Shown: positions 19,651 to 28,237 of the stretch, in pieces
Position numbering within the stretch: the first letter of the stretch is position 1
Layout: each line of letters opens with the position of its first letter
Source of the DNA: Myxococcota bacterium
GTDB lineage: Bacteria; Myxococcota_A; UBA796; CAJQPC01
Direction of reading: 5' to 3'
NCBI GenBank assembly: GCA_036229005.1
Contig: JAZAMN010000002.1
Span: 41,555-105,554 of the forward strand
DNA length: 64,000 nt
The notes under the pieces: model-generated
Database searches by the model: none
Seen by the model: the letters and a program-made list of their open reading frames with translations, nothing else
What the model was told of the DNA's origin: nothing
Position numbers and translations under genes: made by a program

Positions 19651-20904
19651 TCAATAACTGATCATCGAGAAGAAATAACACATCTCCTCATCCGTGCGCT
19701 CGCCGTAGCCGGTGGTGACGGGCTCGTCGTAGGGCAGGTCGGGGTTCGAGGTGCTGTTGTTCCAGGTGCAGGAGTACTCGAGGGTGTCGCCCTTGGCCAG
19801 CACCGGCAGCTCGCCCTCGAACTGGTAGGTCAGCTGGTTGTCGAAGTCGTAGTCGCCCTGCACCAGGCAGGTGGTGCTGCCATCGGCGTGGGTGATGCTG
19901 GCGCTGTAGGCCTTCCCGAGCACGTGCATGTGGGGGAAGATGTTGTGGATCTTGACGTCGATCGGGTAGGTGTTCTCGAAGTCGCCGCTGTCGGTGTAGG
20001 CGTCGTCCCCGGCGGGGATCTCGAAGCGGCTGAGCCCCAGGGGGACCAGCAGGACCTGGGTCTCGACCTCGTCCTTGGGCATGGTGCGCAGCTCGTAGCC
20101 GCTGCGGTCGTCCTCCCAGGTGGCCTGGGACTGGAAGTAGTGCATCTGCAGCACGACCACGTCGTCCTTGTCGAGCTTGAGGGCGTTGCCCTCGCCCAGC
20201 TCCAGGGGCAGCATCCCGGGGGCCCAAGCACCCAGCATCCCCTCGCCCGCGCCGGACATGTCGATGCAGTCAAAGCCCTGGGGGTCCCACTGGGACTCGC
20301 TGATGTCGCCGCGGTCTGTGGTGAAGGCGACCACGTGGTGCACCAGGGCTGCGTTGTCCACCGCCGGGGCCAGGGCGTTGATGTACACGTCCTCATCCAG
20401 CTCCGGGTCGAGGACAAAGCAGCGGTACTCGTTGCCGGGGTTGGCCTCGTCCGAGAAGCTGGGCGTGTAGGCCTCGGTCATCAGCAGGGAGATGTCGGCG
20501 TCGTCCAGGGTCTCCTTGATGGGCTCCACCCCGGGGTCGTCGGCGACATCCCCGAGCTCCTTGCCCTGGTCGATCCAGGCCTGGAGCACGGCCAGCTCGC
20601 CGGCGCTCATGTTCATGTGCTCGGAGCCGCTGTAGTCGTGGCACTCGGGGTCGCTGGTCGCGGGGGGCATGGCGCCGACCTCGACCTGATTCAGCATGAC
20701 CTCAGCGAAGCTCACCACCGTGTCCGGGTCGGTGAAGTCCCCGATGCCCAGACCGCCCTCGTAGTGGCAGCGCGTGCAGTGGACATCCAGCAGAGGCTTG
20801 ACGTCCTTGTAGTAGGTCGTGTCCGCGTTCCCGCCGGACGTGTCTCCGCTGTCGTCCCCACGGACGTTGGTGTCACAAGCCAAAGCAGCGAGCAGAACAA
20901 TCAC
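19651..20904 (-). CDS. Copper type II ascorbate-dependent monooxygenase-like lipoprotein with N-terminal c-type heme motif
   Basis: CTRCH, HHVV, QMHY, PHMH, YDFDNQ, EEMC; GTG start 20904 after GGAGG. Confidence 0.85.
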   Translation of the reverse strand: MIVLLAALACDTNVRGDDSGDTSGGNADTTYYKDVKPLLDVHCTRCHYEGGLGIGDFTDPDTVVSFAEVMLNQVEVGAMPPATSDPECHDYSGSEHMNMSAGELAVLQAWIDQGKELGDVADDPGVEPIKETLDDADISLLMTEAYTPSFSDEANPGNEYRCFVLDPELDEDVYINALAPAVDNAALVHHVVAFTTDRGDISESQWDPQGFDCIDMSGAGEGMLGAWAPGMLPLELGEGNALKLDKDDVVVLQMHYFQSQATWEDDRSGYELRTMPKDEVETQVLLVPLGLSRFEIPAGDDAYTDSGDFENTYPIDVKIHNIFPHMHVLGKAYSASITHADGSTTCLVQGDYDFDNQLTYQFEGELPVLAKGDTLEYSCTWNNSTSNPDLPYDEPVTTGYGERTDEEMCYFFSMISY

Positions 20905-20939
20905 GAGCACCTCCGAAGGCCGCACTGTATAGGTGACTC

Positions 20940-21440
20940 ATGGTCACTGGCAATCCCATCACGCTCCTGATCCTGGGCTGTCACCCAACTGAGCCTGTGG
21001 ACAGCGTCCCCCAGCCCCTGGTCGAGCTGAGCGCGTGGGAGATCCTGGGGGACGACCAGGACCCCATCGGTCCGGCCCCCAGCCCCTGCGCTCCGACCGC
21101 GGTCCACGAAGAGACCGGCTTCCTGGAGATCGAGACCGACGACTGCCCCTGGGTGACCGTGGGTCAGCTCAGCGGGGCGCGGGTGGGACCGGAGCACGAG
21201 CTGGCCATCCTGGCCTGGCACAGCTCCCTTGCTGCCGCCGAGCCCGCCACCGGACACATGAGCCTGTGGATCGGCGACGAGGAGATCTGGCGCATCGAGC
21301 CCGCCATCCCAGGCGACCCGGAGATCCACGAGGCCAGCGTCCAGGTCACCCAGGAGCACGCCGCCGGGAGCTGGGTGCGCCTGCACGTCCACAACCACGG
21401 CGCGAACGCCTGGCGCTTGGGCCGCCTGGAGCGTCGCTGA
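20940..21440 (+). CDS. Hypothetical lipoprotein with HVHNHG motif
   Basis: Signal LLILGC; C-terminal LHVHNHGANAW. Confidence 0.7.
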   Translation: MVTGNPITLLILGCHPTEPVDSVPQPLVELSAWEILGDDQDPIGPAPSPCAPTAVHEETGFLEIETDDCPWVTVGQLSGARVGPEHELAILAWHSSLAAAEPATGHMSLWIGDEEIWRIEPAIPGDPEIHEASVQVTQEHAAGSWVRLHVHNHGANAWRLGRLERR

Positions 21441-21444
21441 CTGC

Positions 21445-23577
21445 TCAGCCCAGGCCCAGCAGGCGCCCACCCTGGTAGACCACGAAGCTGGCGACCCAGG
21501 CCAAGCCCGTCATGTAGACCACCATGAAGATGGGCCACTTCCAGCCGCGCGTCTCGCGCTTGACCACCGCCAGCGTGCTCATGCACTGGGCGGAGAGGGC
21601 AAAGAAGACCAGCAGGCTCAGGCCAGCCAGCGGCGTGTAGACCGGGCTGCCGTCGGGGTGGGTCTCGGCGTGCATCCGAGCGCGCAGGCCCTCGTCCTGC
21701 TCGTCGATGTCCTCGCCCACGCTGTAGACCACGCCCATGGTGCTGACGAACACCTCGCGGGCGGCGAAGGCGCCGATGAGGCCGACGCCGATCTTCCAGT
21801 CAAAGCCCAGCGGCTCGATGACGGGCTCGATGAAGCGCCCGACCTGCCCCGCGTAGCTCCCGGCGAGCTGCTCACCCTCACGCTGCTGCTCCAGCGCCTC
21901 GACCTGCTCGGGCGAAGAGGCGGCCGCGATGGCCGCGTCGTAGTCCTGGGACATCGGCACGTTCTGCGGGAAGGACAGCAGGCCCCAGACCACCACCGTA
22001 CACACCAGGATGACCGTGCCAGCATCCTTGAGGAACTCGCGGGCCCGGCGCCACATCATCAGCGCCACGTCCTGCAGCTTGGGCCAGCGGTAGGTGGGCA
22101 GCTCCAGCACCAGCGGCACCGGCTCGGCCCGCAGCACGGTCTTGGACATCAGCCAGGCCGCGGCCAGCGCGGTCACCACCGAGAACACGTACATGCCCAG
22201 CAGCAGCCCGGACTGCACCCAGGCCTCCCCGGCGAACAGGGTGCCGATGATCAGCGTGTAGACGGGCAGCCGCGCCGAGCAGGTCATCAGCGGCACGACC
22301 ATCATGGTCAGCAGCCGGTCCCGCTCGCGGGGCATGCTGCGGGTCGCCATGATCGCCGGGACCGCGCACGCAAAGCCCGAGAGCATGGGCACAAAGGCCC
22401 GCCCGTTGAGGCCCATCAGGCGCATCACCCGGTCCATCAGATAGGCGACGCGGGCCAGGTACCCGGAGTCCTCCAGCAAGCCCAGCAGGAGGAAGAGGAG
22501 CAGGATCTGCGGCAGGAACACGACCACACCGCCGACACCACCGATCACCCCCTCCACCAGCAGATCCCGGCCAAGCGAGGGCGCCATGCTGCCCTCCACC
22601 AGCACCGCCAGCCACTCGAAGAGGGTCTCGATGGCGCCGATGGCCGGGTCCGACCACGCGAACAGGCCCTGGAAGAGCAGGCCCATCACCAGAAGGAAGA
22701 TGCCGAAGCCCGCGACGGGGTGGATCAGCACCCGATCCAGCTTCTCGGTGAAGCTGCGGTCGACCTCTCCCTGGAGCAGGGGCAACAGCTCCCGGTCCAG
22801 CCAGCCGTAGCGGCCGGAGATCGCCTCGTCGTCGATGTCCTCGGGGTGCAGGTGCAGGCGCGAGACGGCCTCGGCGAGCCCGGCGGGCAGACCGCCGTCG
22901 TCCGTGTCGGACCAGGACATCAGCGCCCACAAACCCAAGCCGTGCTGCCGGGGCCAGCCCTCGGGCAGCGCGTCCATGGCGGCCTCGATCGCCTCCTCCA
23001 GGTCCTCGCCTGGCTCCCATCTCCACAGAGGTTGAGGGGGGTCTTGAGCCAGAGCGGTGGAGAGGGCAGCGCGGAGATCGTCCAGCCCCTCCCCCTCCCG
23101 CGCGACGGTCCGCACCACCGGGCAGCCCAAGAGGTCGGAGAGCGTGTGGGTGGACGGCAGGGTGTCTCCGGCCTGGTCTGACATGGTCAGTACCAGGACC
23201 ACCGGGACGCCCAGCTCCTGGAGCTGCAGCAGCAGGTAGAGGCTGCGGGAGAGCACGGTGGCGTCCGCGCAGAGGGCGACGACATCCGGAGTGGGCTGCC
23301 CATCCAGGCCCAGAACGGCCTTGAGGGTGACGCGCTCTTCCAGCGTGCGCGCGACCAGCGAGTAGGCGCCGGGCAGGTCGACGATGGTGGCCGTCCCGCT
23401 CCCCAGGCGGGTGCTGCCGATGGAGCTCTCCACCGTGACGCCCGGGTAGTTGCCGGTGCGCGCGCTGCCGCCCGTGAGGCGGTTGAACAGCGTGCTCTTG
23501 CCGGAGTTCGGGTTGCCGGCGAGCAGGATCAGGGGCTCTGACGTGGCCACAGTGTCGACGGTCGCCGTGGTGCTCAC
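21445..23577 (-). CDS. feoB: Ferrous iron transporter B
   Basis: GNPNSGKS, GNYPGVTV, DLPG, EDSGY, CSARLPVY, AAREVFVST. Confidence 0.95.
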   Translation of the reverse strand: MSTTATVDTVATSEPLILLAGNPNSGKSTLFNRLTGGSARTGNYPGVTVESSIGSTRLGSGTATIVDLPGAYSLVARTLEERVTLKAVLGLDGQPTPDVVALCADATVLSRSLYLLLQLQELGVPVVLVLTMSDQAGDTLPSTHTLSDLLGCPVVRTVAREGEGLDDLRAALSTALAQDPPQPLWRWEPGEDLEEAIEAAMDALPEGWPRQHGLGLWALMSWSDTDDGGLPAGLAEAVSRLHLHPEDIDDEAISGRYGWLDRELLPLLQGEVDRSFTEKLDRVLIHPVAGFGIFLLVMGLLFQGLFAWSDPAIGAIETLFEWLAVLVEGSMAPSLGRDLLVEGVIGGVGGVVVFLPQILLLFLLLGLLEDSGYLARVAYLMDRVMRLMGLNGRAFVPMLSGFACAVPAIMATRSMPRERDRLLTMMVVPLMTCSARLPVYTLIIGTLFAGEAWVQSGLLLGMYVFSVVTALAAAWLMSKTVLRAEPVPLVLELPTYRWPKLQDVALMMWRRAREFLKDAGTVILVCTVVVWGLLSFPQNVPMSQDYDAAIAAASSPEQVEALEQQREGEQLAGSYAGQVGRFIEPVIEPLGFDWKIGVGLIGAFAAREVFVSTMGVVYSVGEDIDEQDEGLRARMHAETHPDGSPVYTPLAGLSLLVFFALSAQCMSTLAVVKRETRGWKWPIFMVVYMTGLAWVASFVVYQGGRLLGLG

Positions 23578-23831
23578 GCGGGCACGACCCGGATCTGGGA
23601 GGCCTCGAAGCGGCGGATGGACAGGCGGGAGCCACGCAATGAGAGCTCCAGGGGATCGCCCAACGGGGCCACGCGGACCACCGAGACCGGAGTCCCGGGG
23701 AGCAGCCCAAGCTCGAGCAGACGACGCCGGAACCCGCGCTCACCCGCGACCGACTGGACCACCACCTGCTGCTGCAGGGGGATGGCGTCCAGGGTGAGCT
23801 GGGAGGGGGCGCTGTCTTCGGGCGCGTGCAT
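23574..23831 (-). CDS. feoA: Ferrous iron transport protein A
   Basis: RRLLELGLLPG..APLGDP..LSIRRFEA; overlaps feoB start. Confidence 0.9.
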   Translation of the reverse strand: MHAPEDSAPSQLTLDAIPLQQQVVVQSVAGERGFRRRLLELGLLPGTPVSVVRVAPLGDPLELSLRGSRLSIRRFEASQIRVVPA

Positions 23832-23863
23832 GTCGCTTCCTGGTTTCACCACTAAGTATGTTT

Positions 23864-23882
23864 GATGAAAACAGCAGTCAAC
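23864..23882. promoter_or_regulatory. Putative Fur box upstream of feoAB
   Basis: AT-rich GATGAAAACAGCAGTCAAC containing TGA-N9-TCA (7-1-7 spacing) just upstream of feoA. Confidence 0.5.
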
Positions 23883-23894
23883 TACTGCAGCCCC

Positions 23895-24281
23895 TCAGCT
23901 CACGAGCTGCTGCTCCAGATCACGCAGGAGCGCGCTGGCCGGACCGGTCCTGGAGGAGGCGATGCAGCGCTTGTAGGCCTTCCAGAGCTCCCCCAGGTAG
24001 GGGTCGTCGGTGAGCCGGTGCTCGTTGGGGTCCGGATCGGTGATGCCCAGCTCGGCCGCCCCCACCGAGCGCCGCCGATGCAGGGACTTGAGGCTGCGCA
24101 GGAAGAGCTCCGTGGCTTGGGGCTCCCCCCGACGGCTCAGCTCCAGCCAGGTGCGCCAGAGCTCCGACTCCGGCATGCCCTGCGGGTCATCTCCCGGCCG
24201 CCGAAGCCGCCGAATCAGCAGGCGGGTCTCCACCGCCTTGAGCTCCCCACGTGTGCTTCCGAGCGCTTCAACAGCCTGCAT
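23895..24281 (-). CDS. Hypothetical protein
   Basis: 128-aa ORF with GAGG RBS that fills the intergenic gap. Confidence 0.65.
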   Translation of the reverse strand: MQAVEALGSTRGELKAVETRLLIRRLRRPGDDPQGMPESELWRTWLELSRRGEPQATELFLRSLKSLHRRRSVGAAELGITDPDPNEHRLTDDPYLGELWKAYKRCIASSRTGPASALLRDLEQQLVS

Positions 24282-24367
24282 AGAGCTTCACCTCGTGCCA
24301 GGATCGTCACAAGGTTAGCACACAGCGAACACCCGACATTCCCCCTGTACAAGCTCTTGATGTGTGC

Positions 24368-25663
24368 ATGATGACTCTCCTTCTGTCCCTCGCCTGCATC
24401 AAGCCGACCCCGCCGGGTCCCTCCCCCGCCCAGCAGCGCGAATCGCTCCGCGCCGTGGTGTTCTCCGAGCACGCGCAGGGGGCCCCCGTGACCATCCAAC
24501 TGGCCGTCCAGGCTGGCTCCGCCACCGACCCCACCGGCGCCGAGGGCCTGGCCTGGCTCACCGCCCACATGCTCAGCGAGGGCGGGATCGGCGCCGAGTC
24601 CCCCGCCCGCCTGGACCACCACCTGGCCGCCTTGGACGCCTCCCTGAGCGTACTGGTGGACAAGGACCTGGTGCGCTTCACCGGCCAGGCCCCCGCCGAG
24701 AACGCGCAGGCGCTGTCGGAGCTGATGGCGCAGATGCTCACCGAGCCCGCCTGGACCCCCGCCTACCTGGATGTGCTCAAGCAGCGCGCCCAGGGACTGC
24801 TCGCCGCGCCCCCCGCGCTGGAGCTGCTGGCCCTGGAGCTCTGGGTGAACCACGGCCACCCCTATGGACACGCGGACTTCGGCCGGCAGGGGAGCCTGGA
24901 GCTGTTGACCCTCGAGCAGGTCCAGGCCCACCACCGGGACACCTATCTGCGCGACAGCATCGCAGTGGGCATCTCCGGCCCCGACGAGGACACGCTGGCC
25001 GCGACCCTGGACCAGGGTCTGATGGCGCTCGGCGTGGGCCGCAGCGCCCTCCCCCAGCCCTACACGCGCCAGGTCCCCGACGCGCCGACGCTGTTGCCGG
25101 TGCAGGGTGCGACGGCCGCGCCAGTGCTCGGACTCCCCCTGGAGCCCACCCGCGACAGCGCGCAGTGGCCAGCCCTGGAGCTCGCCCTGGTGGCGCTGGG
25201 CCAGGAGCACCCCGAGTGGGGCCTCTCGCTGAGCGCGCCGGCGCAGCGCCGGCAGGCCACCCTGGTGCTGGAGCCGGGCGGCGCGCTCCCCGAGGCCAAG
25301 GCCACCCTGAGGGCGCTGCAGGACGCCCTGGACGCCGGGCTCACCCAGGAGCAGCTGGACGCCGGCCGACAGGCGCACCTCGCTTGGGCCCAGGAGCAGA
25401 CAGAGGATCCGGACGCCGCGCTGGTGATCGCGGTGGAGACTGCAGCCCTGGGGCTCCCGGATCCCCTCGCCCCCCTCCCCTACGAAGCGGTGACGCTGGA
25501 GCAGGCGCAGGCCGCGCTGGCGCAGGGGGTGGACCTGGACGGGGTGCGCATTGTGGCGGTCTCGGACGACCCCGCCACGCTTCAGGGCAGCCTGGGTGAA
25601 GAAAGCGGCCTGCCCACCGTCCAAGCCCGCGACCCCCTCACTCCCCAGGAGCTGCTGCGATGA
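24368..25663 (+). CDS. M16 (insulinase) family non-catalytic lipoprotein
   Basis: AGSATDP..EGLAWLTAHML (no HxxEH), HPYG; signal MMTLLLSLAC. Confidence 0.75.
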   Translation: MMTLLLSLACIKPTPPGPSPAQQRESLRAVVFSEHAQGAPVTIQLAVQAGSATDPTGAEGLAWLTAHMLSEGGIGAESPARLDHHLAALDASLSVLVDKDLVRFTGQAPAENAQALSELMAQMLTEPAWTPAYLDVLKQRAQGLLAAPPALELLALELWVNHGHPYGHADFGRQGSLELLTLEQVQAHHRDTYLRDSIAVGISGPDEDTLAATLDQGLMALGVGRSALPQPYTRQVPDAPTLLPVQGATAAPVLGLPLEPTRDSAQWPALELALVALGQEHPEWGLSLSAPAQRRQATLVLEPGGALPEAKATLRALQDALDAGLTQEQLDAGRQAHLAWAQEQTEDPDAALVIAVETAALGLPDPLAPLPYEAVTLEQAQAALAQGVDLDGVRIVAVSDDPATLQGSLGEESGLPTVQARDPLTPQELLR

Positions 25664-26496
25664 AGCGTGCGCTCGCCGTCTTGAGTCTGCTGCCCGCCCT
25701 CACCGCCTGCGAGGGCTGGGAGGACGTGAACCTGGACCCCTACAAGCCCACGGTGAGCTTCCAGGATCTGGACGTGAACGACGTGAACTGGGAGGGCGTG
25801 GACGCGGACTTTGTGTTCGCGGTCGAGAACCCCAACCCGGTCTCCGTGGAGCTGGCCCACTTCGACTACGGGCTGGCCTTCGAGCAGGTGGACTGGCTCA
25901 GCGGCGACAACCCGGACGGGCTGGTGCTGGCGGCCTCTGGGGGCTCGGATCTGGCGCTGCCGGTGGCCTTCCAGTACAGCGATCTGTGGGAGATGGTGCA
26001 GGCGATCCGCGGCAAGGACGACATCGACTTCGGGCTCTCGGGCAGCTTCGGCTTCGACAGCCCGGCGGGGGTGATCACGCTCCCCTACGACGAGGCCGGC
26101 GACTTCCCCGCGCCGCGCAAGCCGGACATCCAGCTCAACACCCTGCAGCTCCAGAGCCTCAGCCTGAGCGGCGCGGAGCTGGAGCTCACCCTGGACGTCG
26201 ACAACGCGCACGGCAGCCGCCTGGACTTCCTGGGGCTGGACTACGACCTGGCGCTGGCCGGGGTGGACCTGGGCCAAGGCAGCGTGCAGTCCCTGGGCAG
26301 CGTGGAGGGTGACAGCAGCAAGCGCCTGGCCATCCCGCTGGAGATCTCCTTCCAGGGGGCCGCGGGGGCGCTCTACTCCGCGTTCCAGGGCGAGAAGCTC
26401 AAGGTGGATCTGGACGCCACGGTGGACGTCGACACGCCCTTTGGCGTGCTGCCGCTGGCATTCGACGAGTCCGGGCAGGTCGAGCTGGTCAAGTAG
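25660..26496 (+). CDS. LEA type 2 (tandem WHy domain) lipoprotein
   Basis: VENPNPV and VDNAH motifs in two repeated domains; lipobox LTAC. Confidence 0.85.
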   Translation: MKRALAVLSLLPALTACEGWEDVNLDPYKPTVSFQDLDVNDVNWEGVDADFVFAVENPNPVSVELAHFDYGLAFEQVDWLSGDNPDGLVLAASGGSDLALPVAFQYSDLWEMVQAIRGKDDIDFGLSGSFGFDSPAGVITLPYDEAGDFPAPRKPDIQLNTLQLQSLSLSGAELELTLDVDNAHGSRLDFLGLDYDLALAGVDLGQGSVQSLGSVEGDSSKRLAIPLEISFQGAAGALYSAFQGEKLKVDLDATVDVDTPFGVLPLAFDESGQVELVK

Positions 26497-26536
26497 AGGC
26501 GCCCGCCGGCCCGGGACGCAGAGGTAGACTCCGCGC

Positions 26537-27760
26537 ATGCCTACACGCTCCTACGTCGACCCGCGCGATGTCCTGATCAGCCACCAGGACTACTTTGGAC
26601 ACGACCGCCTGGCCCGCAGCTTCCTCAAGACGCTGCCGCGGCTCAAGGCCGGCACCACGGTGATGGTGCACGGCGCCCCGGGCTCCGGGAAGAACACCTT
26701 CCTGCTGCGCTGCGCGGCCCTGATGGCGCACCAGCGCGACACCCTGGACTTCGATCCGACGGCGCGGGTGGGCACCTGGTGCTGGTACAACCCCTGGCTG
26801 TACCTCAAGCACGGGAACATCCTGTCCGGGCTGGTCGCGACCATGTCCAAGTACAGCGAGTCCCCCCAGGCGCTGGAGCGCGCCCGCGACATCGTGGGGC
26901 ACCTCAACCGCATGCACTTCGGCGACAGCATGCCCACGACCTCTGGCACGGGCGTGAACCGCGGCGATGTGAACCCGGTGGAGCGCGTTCGGCGGGGCTT
27001 TGTGCAGCTCACCGAGATGCTGCGCCAGCAGAACCCTGGCCGGGTCGTGGTGTTCATCGAGGACTGCGACATGCTGCGGCCCAGCGCCCGCCTGCTGCTG
27101 CTGGAGGGCCTGCGCCTGCTCAGCACCGAGAACAGCTCGGTGACCTTTGTGGTCGCCATCGGCCGCCAGTCCGCGCTGGAGGCGATGCGGGTCCGAGAGG
27201 GCGCGGTGGACGACATCAGCGCCGCCCACTGCCTCGCCGAGCTGGTGGATCTGGACATCACGGTCCCCGGCCTGGACGTGCGCCGCATCTCCCAGCTCGT
27301 TCAGAAGCACCTGGGCACCGGCGCCCAGCAGGTCCGGCAGGCCTTTGGCAGCGACGCCACCGACGCCCTCGGCGCCGCCCTCACTGCCCGCCCCCTGGGC
27401 CGCCCGCGCTTCCTGGAGCGCCTGAGCGGCCGCGTCCTCCTGCTGGCCGAGTACGCCCTGGACGCCCGCACCACGCGCGAGCTCTCCGAGGCCCAGTGGG
27501 CCTGGGTCATCGTCTCCGAGCGCTGGCCGGAGTTCCGCCGCTTCATGCTGCGCGGCGGCCGCGACCGCTGGCTGCACCTCCGCGACGCCCTCAGCCGCTC
27601 CATGGGCCAGCCCCAGACCGAGAGCAACCCCGAGGTCGTCGCCTGGCTGCAGAAGGACCTCATCCTGACCGACTACCTGCGCCTGTACGCGGACGACTTC
27701 GAGCGCGAAGCCGAGTCCGTGTATTGGCTGGAGACGCTGCAGCTTGCCTGCGGGTTGTAA
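26537..27760 (+). CDS. KAP-family P-loop NTPase (divergent motifs)
   Basis: HGAPGSGKN Walker A, WYNPW, VVVFIEDCD Walker B. Confidence 0.75.
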   Translation: MPTRSYVDPRDVLISHQDYFGHDRLARSFLKTLPRLKAGTTVMVHGAPGSGKNTFLLRCAALMAHQRDTLDFDPTARVGTWCWYNPWLYLKHGNILSGLVATMSKYSESPQALERARDIVGHLNRMHFGDSMPTTSGTGVNRGDVNPVERVRRGFVQLTEMLRQQNPGRVVVFIEDCDMLRPSARLLLLEGLRLLSTENSSVTFVVAIGRQSALEAMRVREGAVDDISAAHCLAELVDLDITVPGLDVRRISQLVQKHLGTGAQQVRQAFGSDATDALGAALTARPLGRPRFLERLSGRVLLLAEYALDARTTRELSEAQWAWVIVSERWPEFRRFMLRGGRDRWLHLRDALSRSMGQPQTESNPEVVAWLQKDLILTDYLRLYADDFEREAESVYWLETLQLACGL

Positions 27761-27811
27761 GTCCTAGGCCTACAACAGCTCTTCTCCGAGGGGCACGGGT
27801 ACCGGGGCTCG

Positions 27812-28237
27812 GGAATCAGGTATCAGGTATCAGGTATCGGTCATCACGCCGGTCCAATCCGAAGCGCAGTCCCCGGGCCGGGCGCCGGGCCCCCTTCCAG
27901 GCACCGGCCGCTCCCGTGGCCCGCACGAAGTGCCGCGCCCTCCCCAAGACGCCCCCCAAGTCGGCTGCCACCAGCGCCCCGCCCCACCAGCGCGTCATCG
28001 ACGGTCCCCGGTCGCCGGTAGCCGGTCGCCGCCACCCAAGAGCGACCTCCGATACCTGATACCCGATACCTGACCTCCGGACCCCTCCCCAAAACGCCCC
28101 CAAAGTCGGCTGCCACCAGCGCCCCGACCCAGCAGCGCGTCATCGGCGGTCCCCGGTCGCCGGTAGCCGGTCGCCGCCCCCCAAGCCCGACCACCGATAC
28201 CTGATACCCGATACCTGACCCCCGATACCCGATACCT
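27812..28237. repeat. Heptamer (GGTATCA/G) arrays plus two 145-bp tandem direct repeats
   Basis: GGTATCA x3-4 at 27812-27840; reverse-complement arrays at 28049-28074 and 28194-28237; unit starts 27941 and 28086. Confidence 0.9.

Noticed and set aside
24285..24301. Sigma-54 promoter on the minus strand (TGGCACG)
   Set aside because: GG-to-GC spacing is 11 nt, not 10, and it is too close to the start codon
27812..28237. Short ORFs (RYQVSGI repeats) in the repeat region
   Set aside because: These are translations of the heptamer repeats with no coding signals
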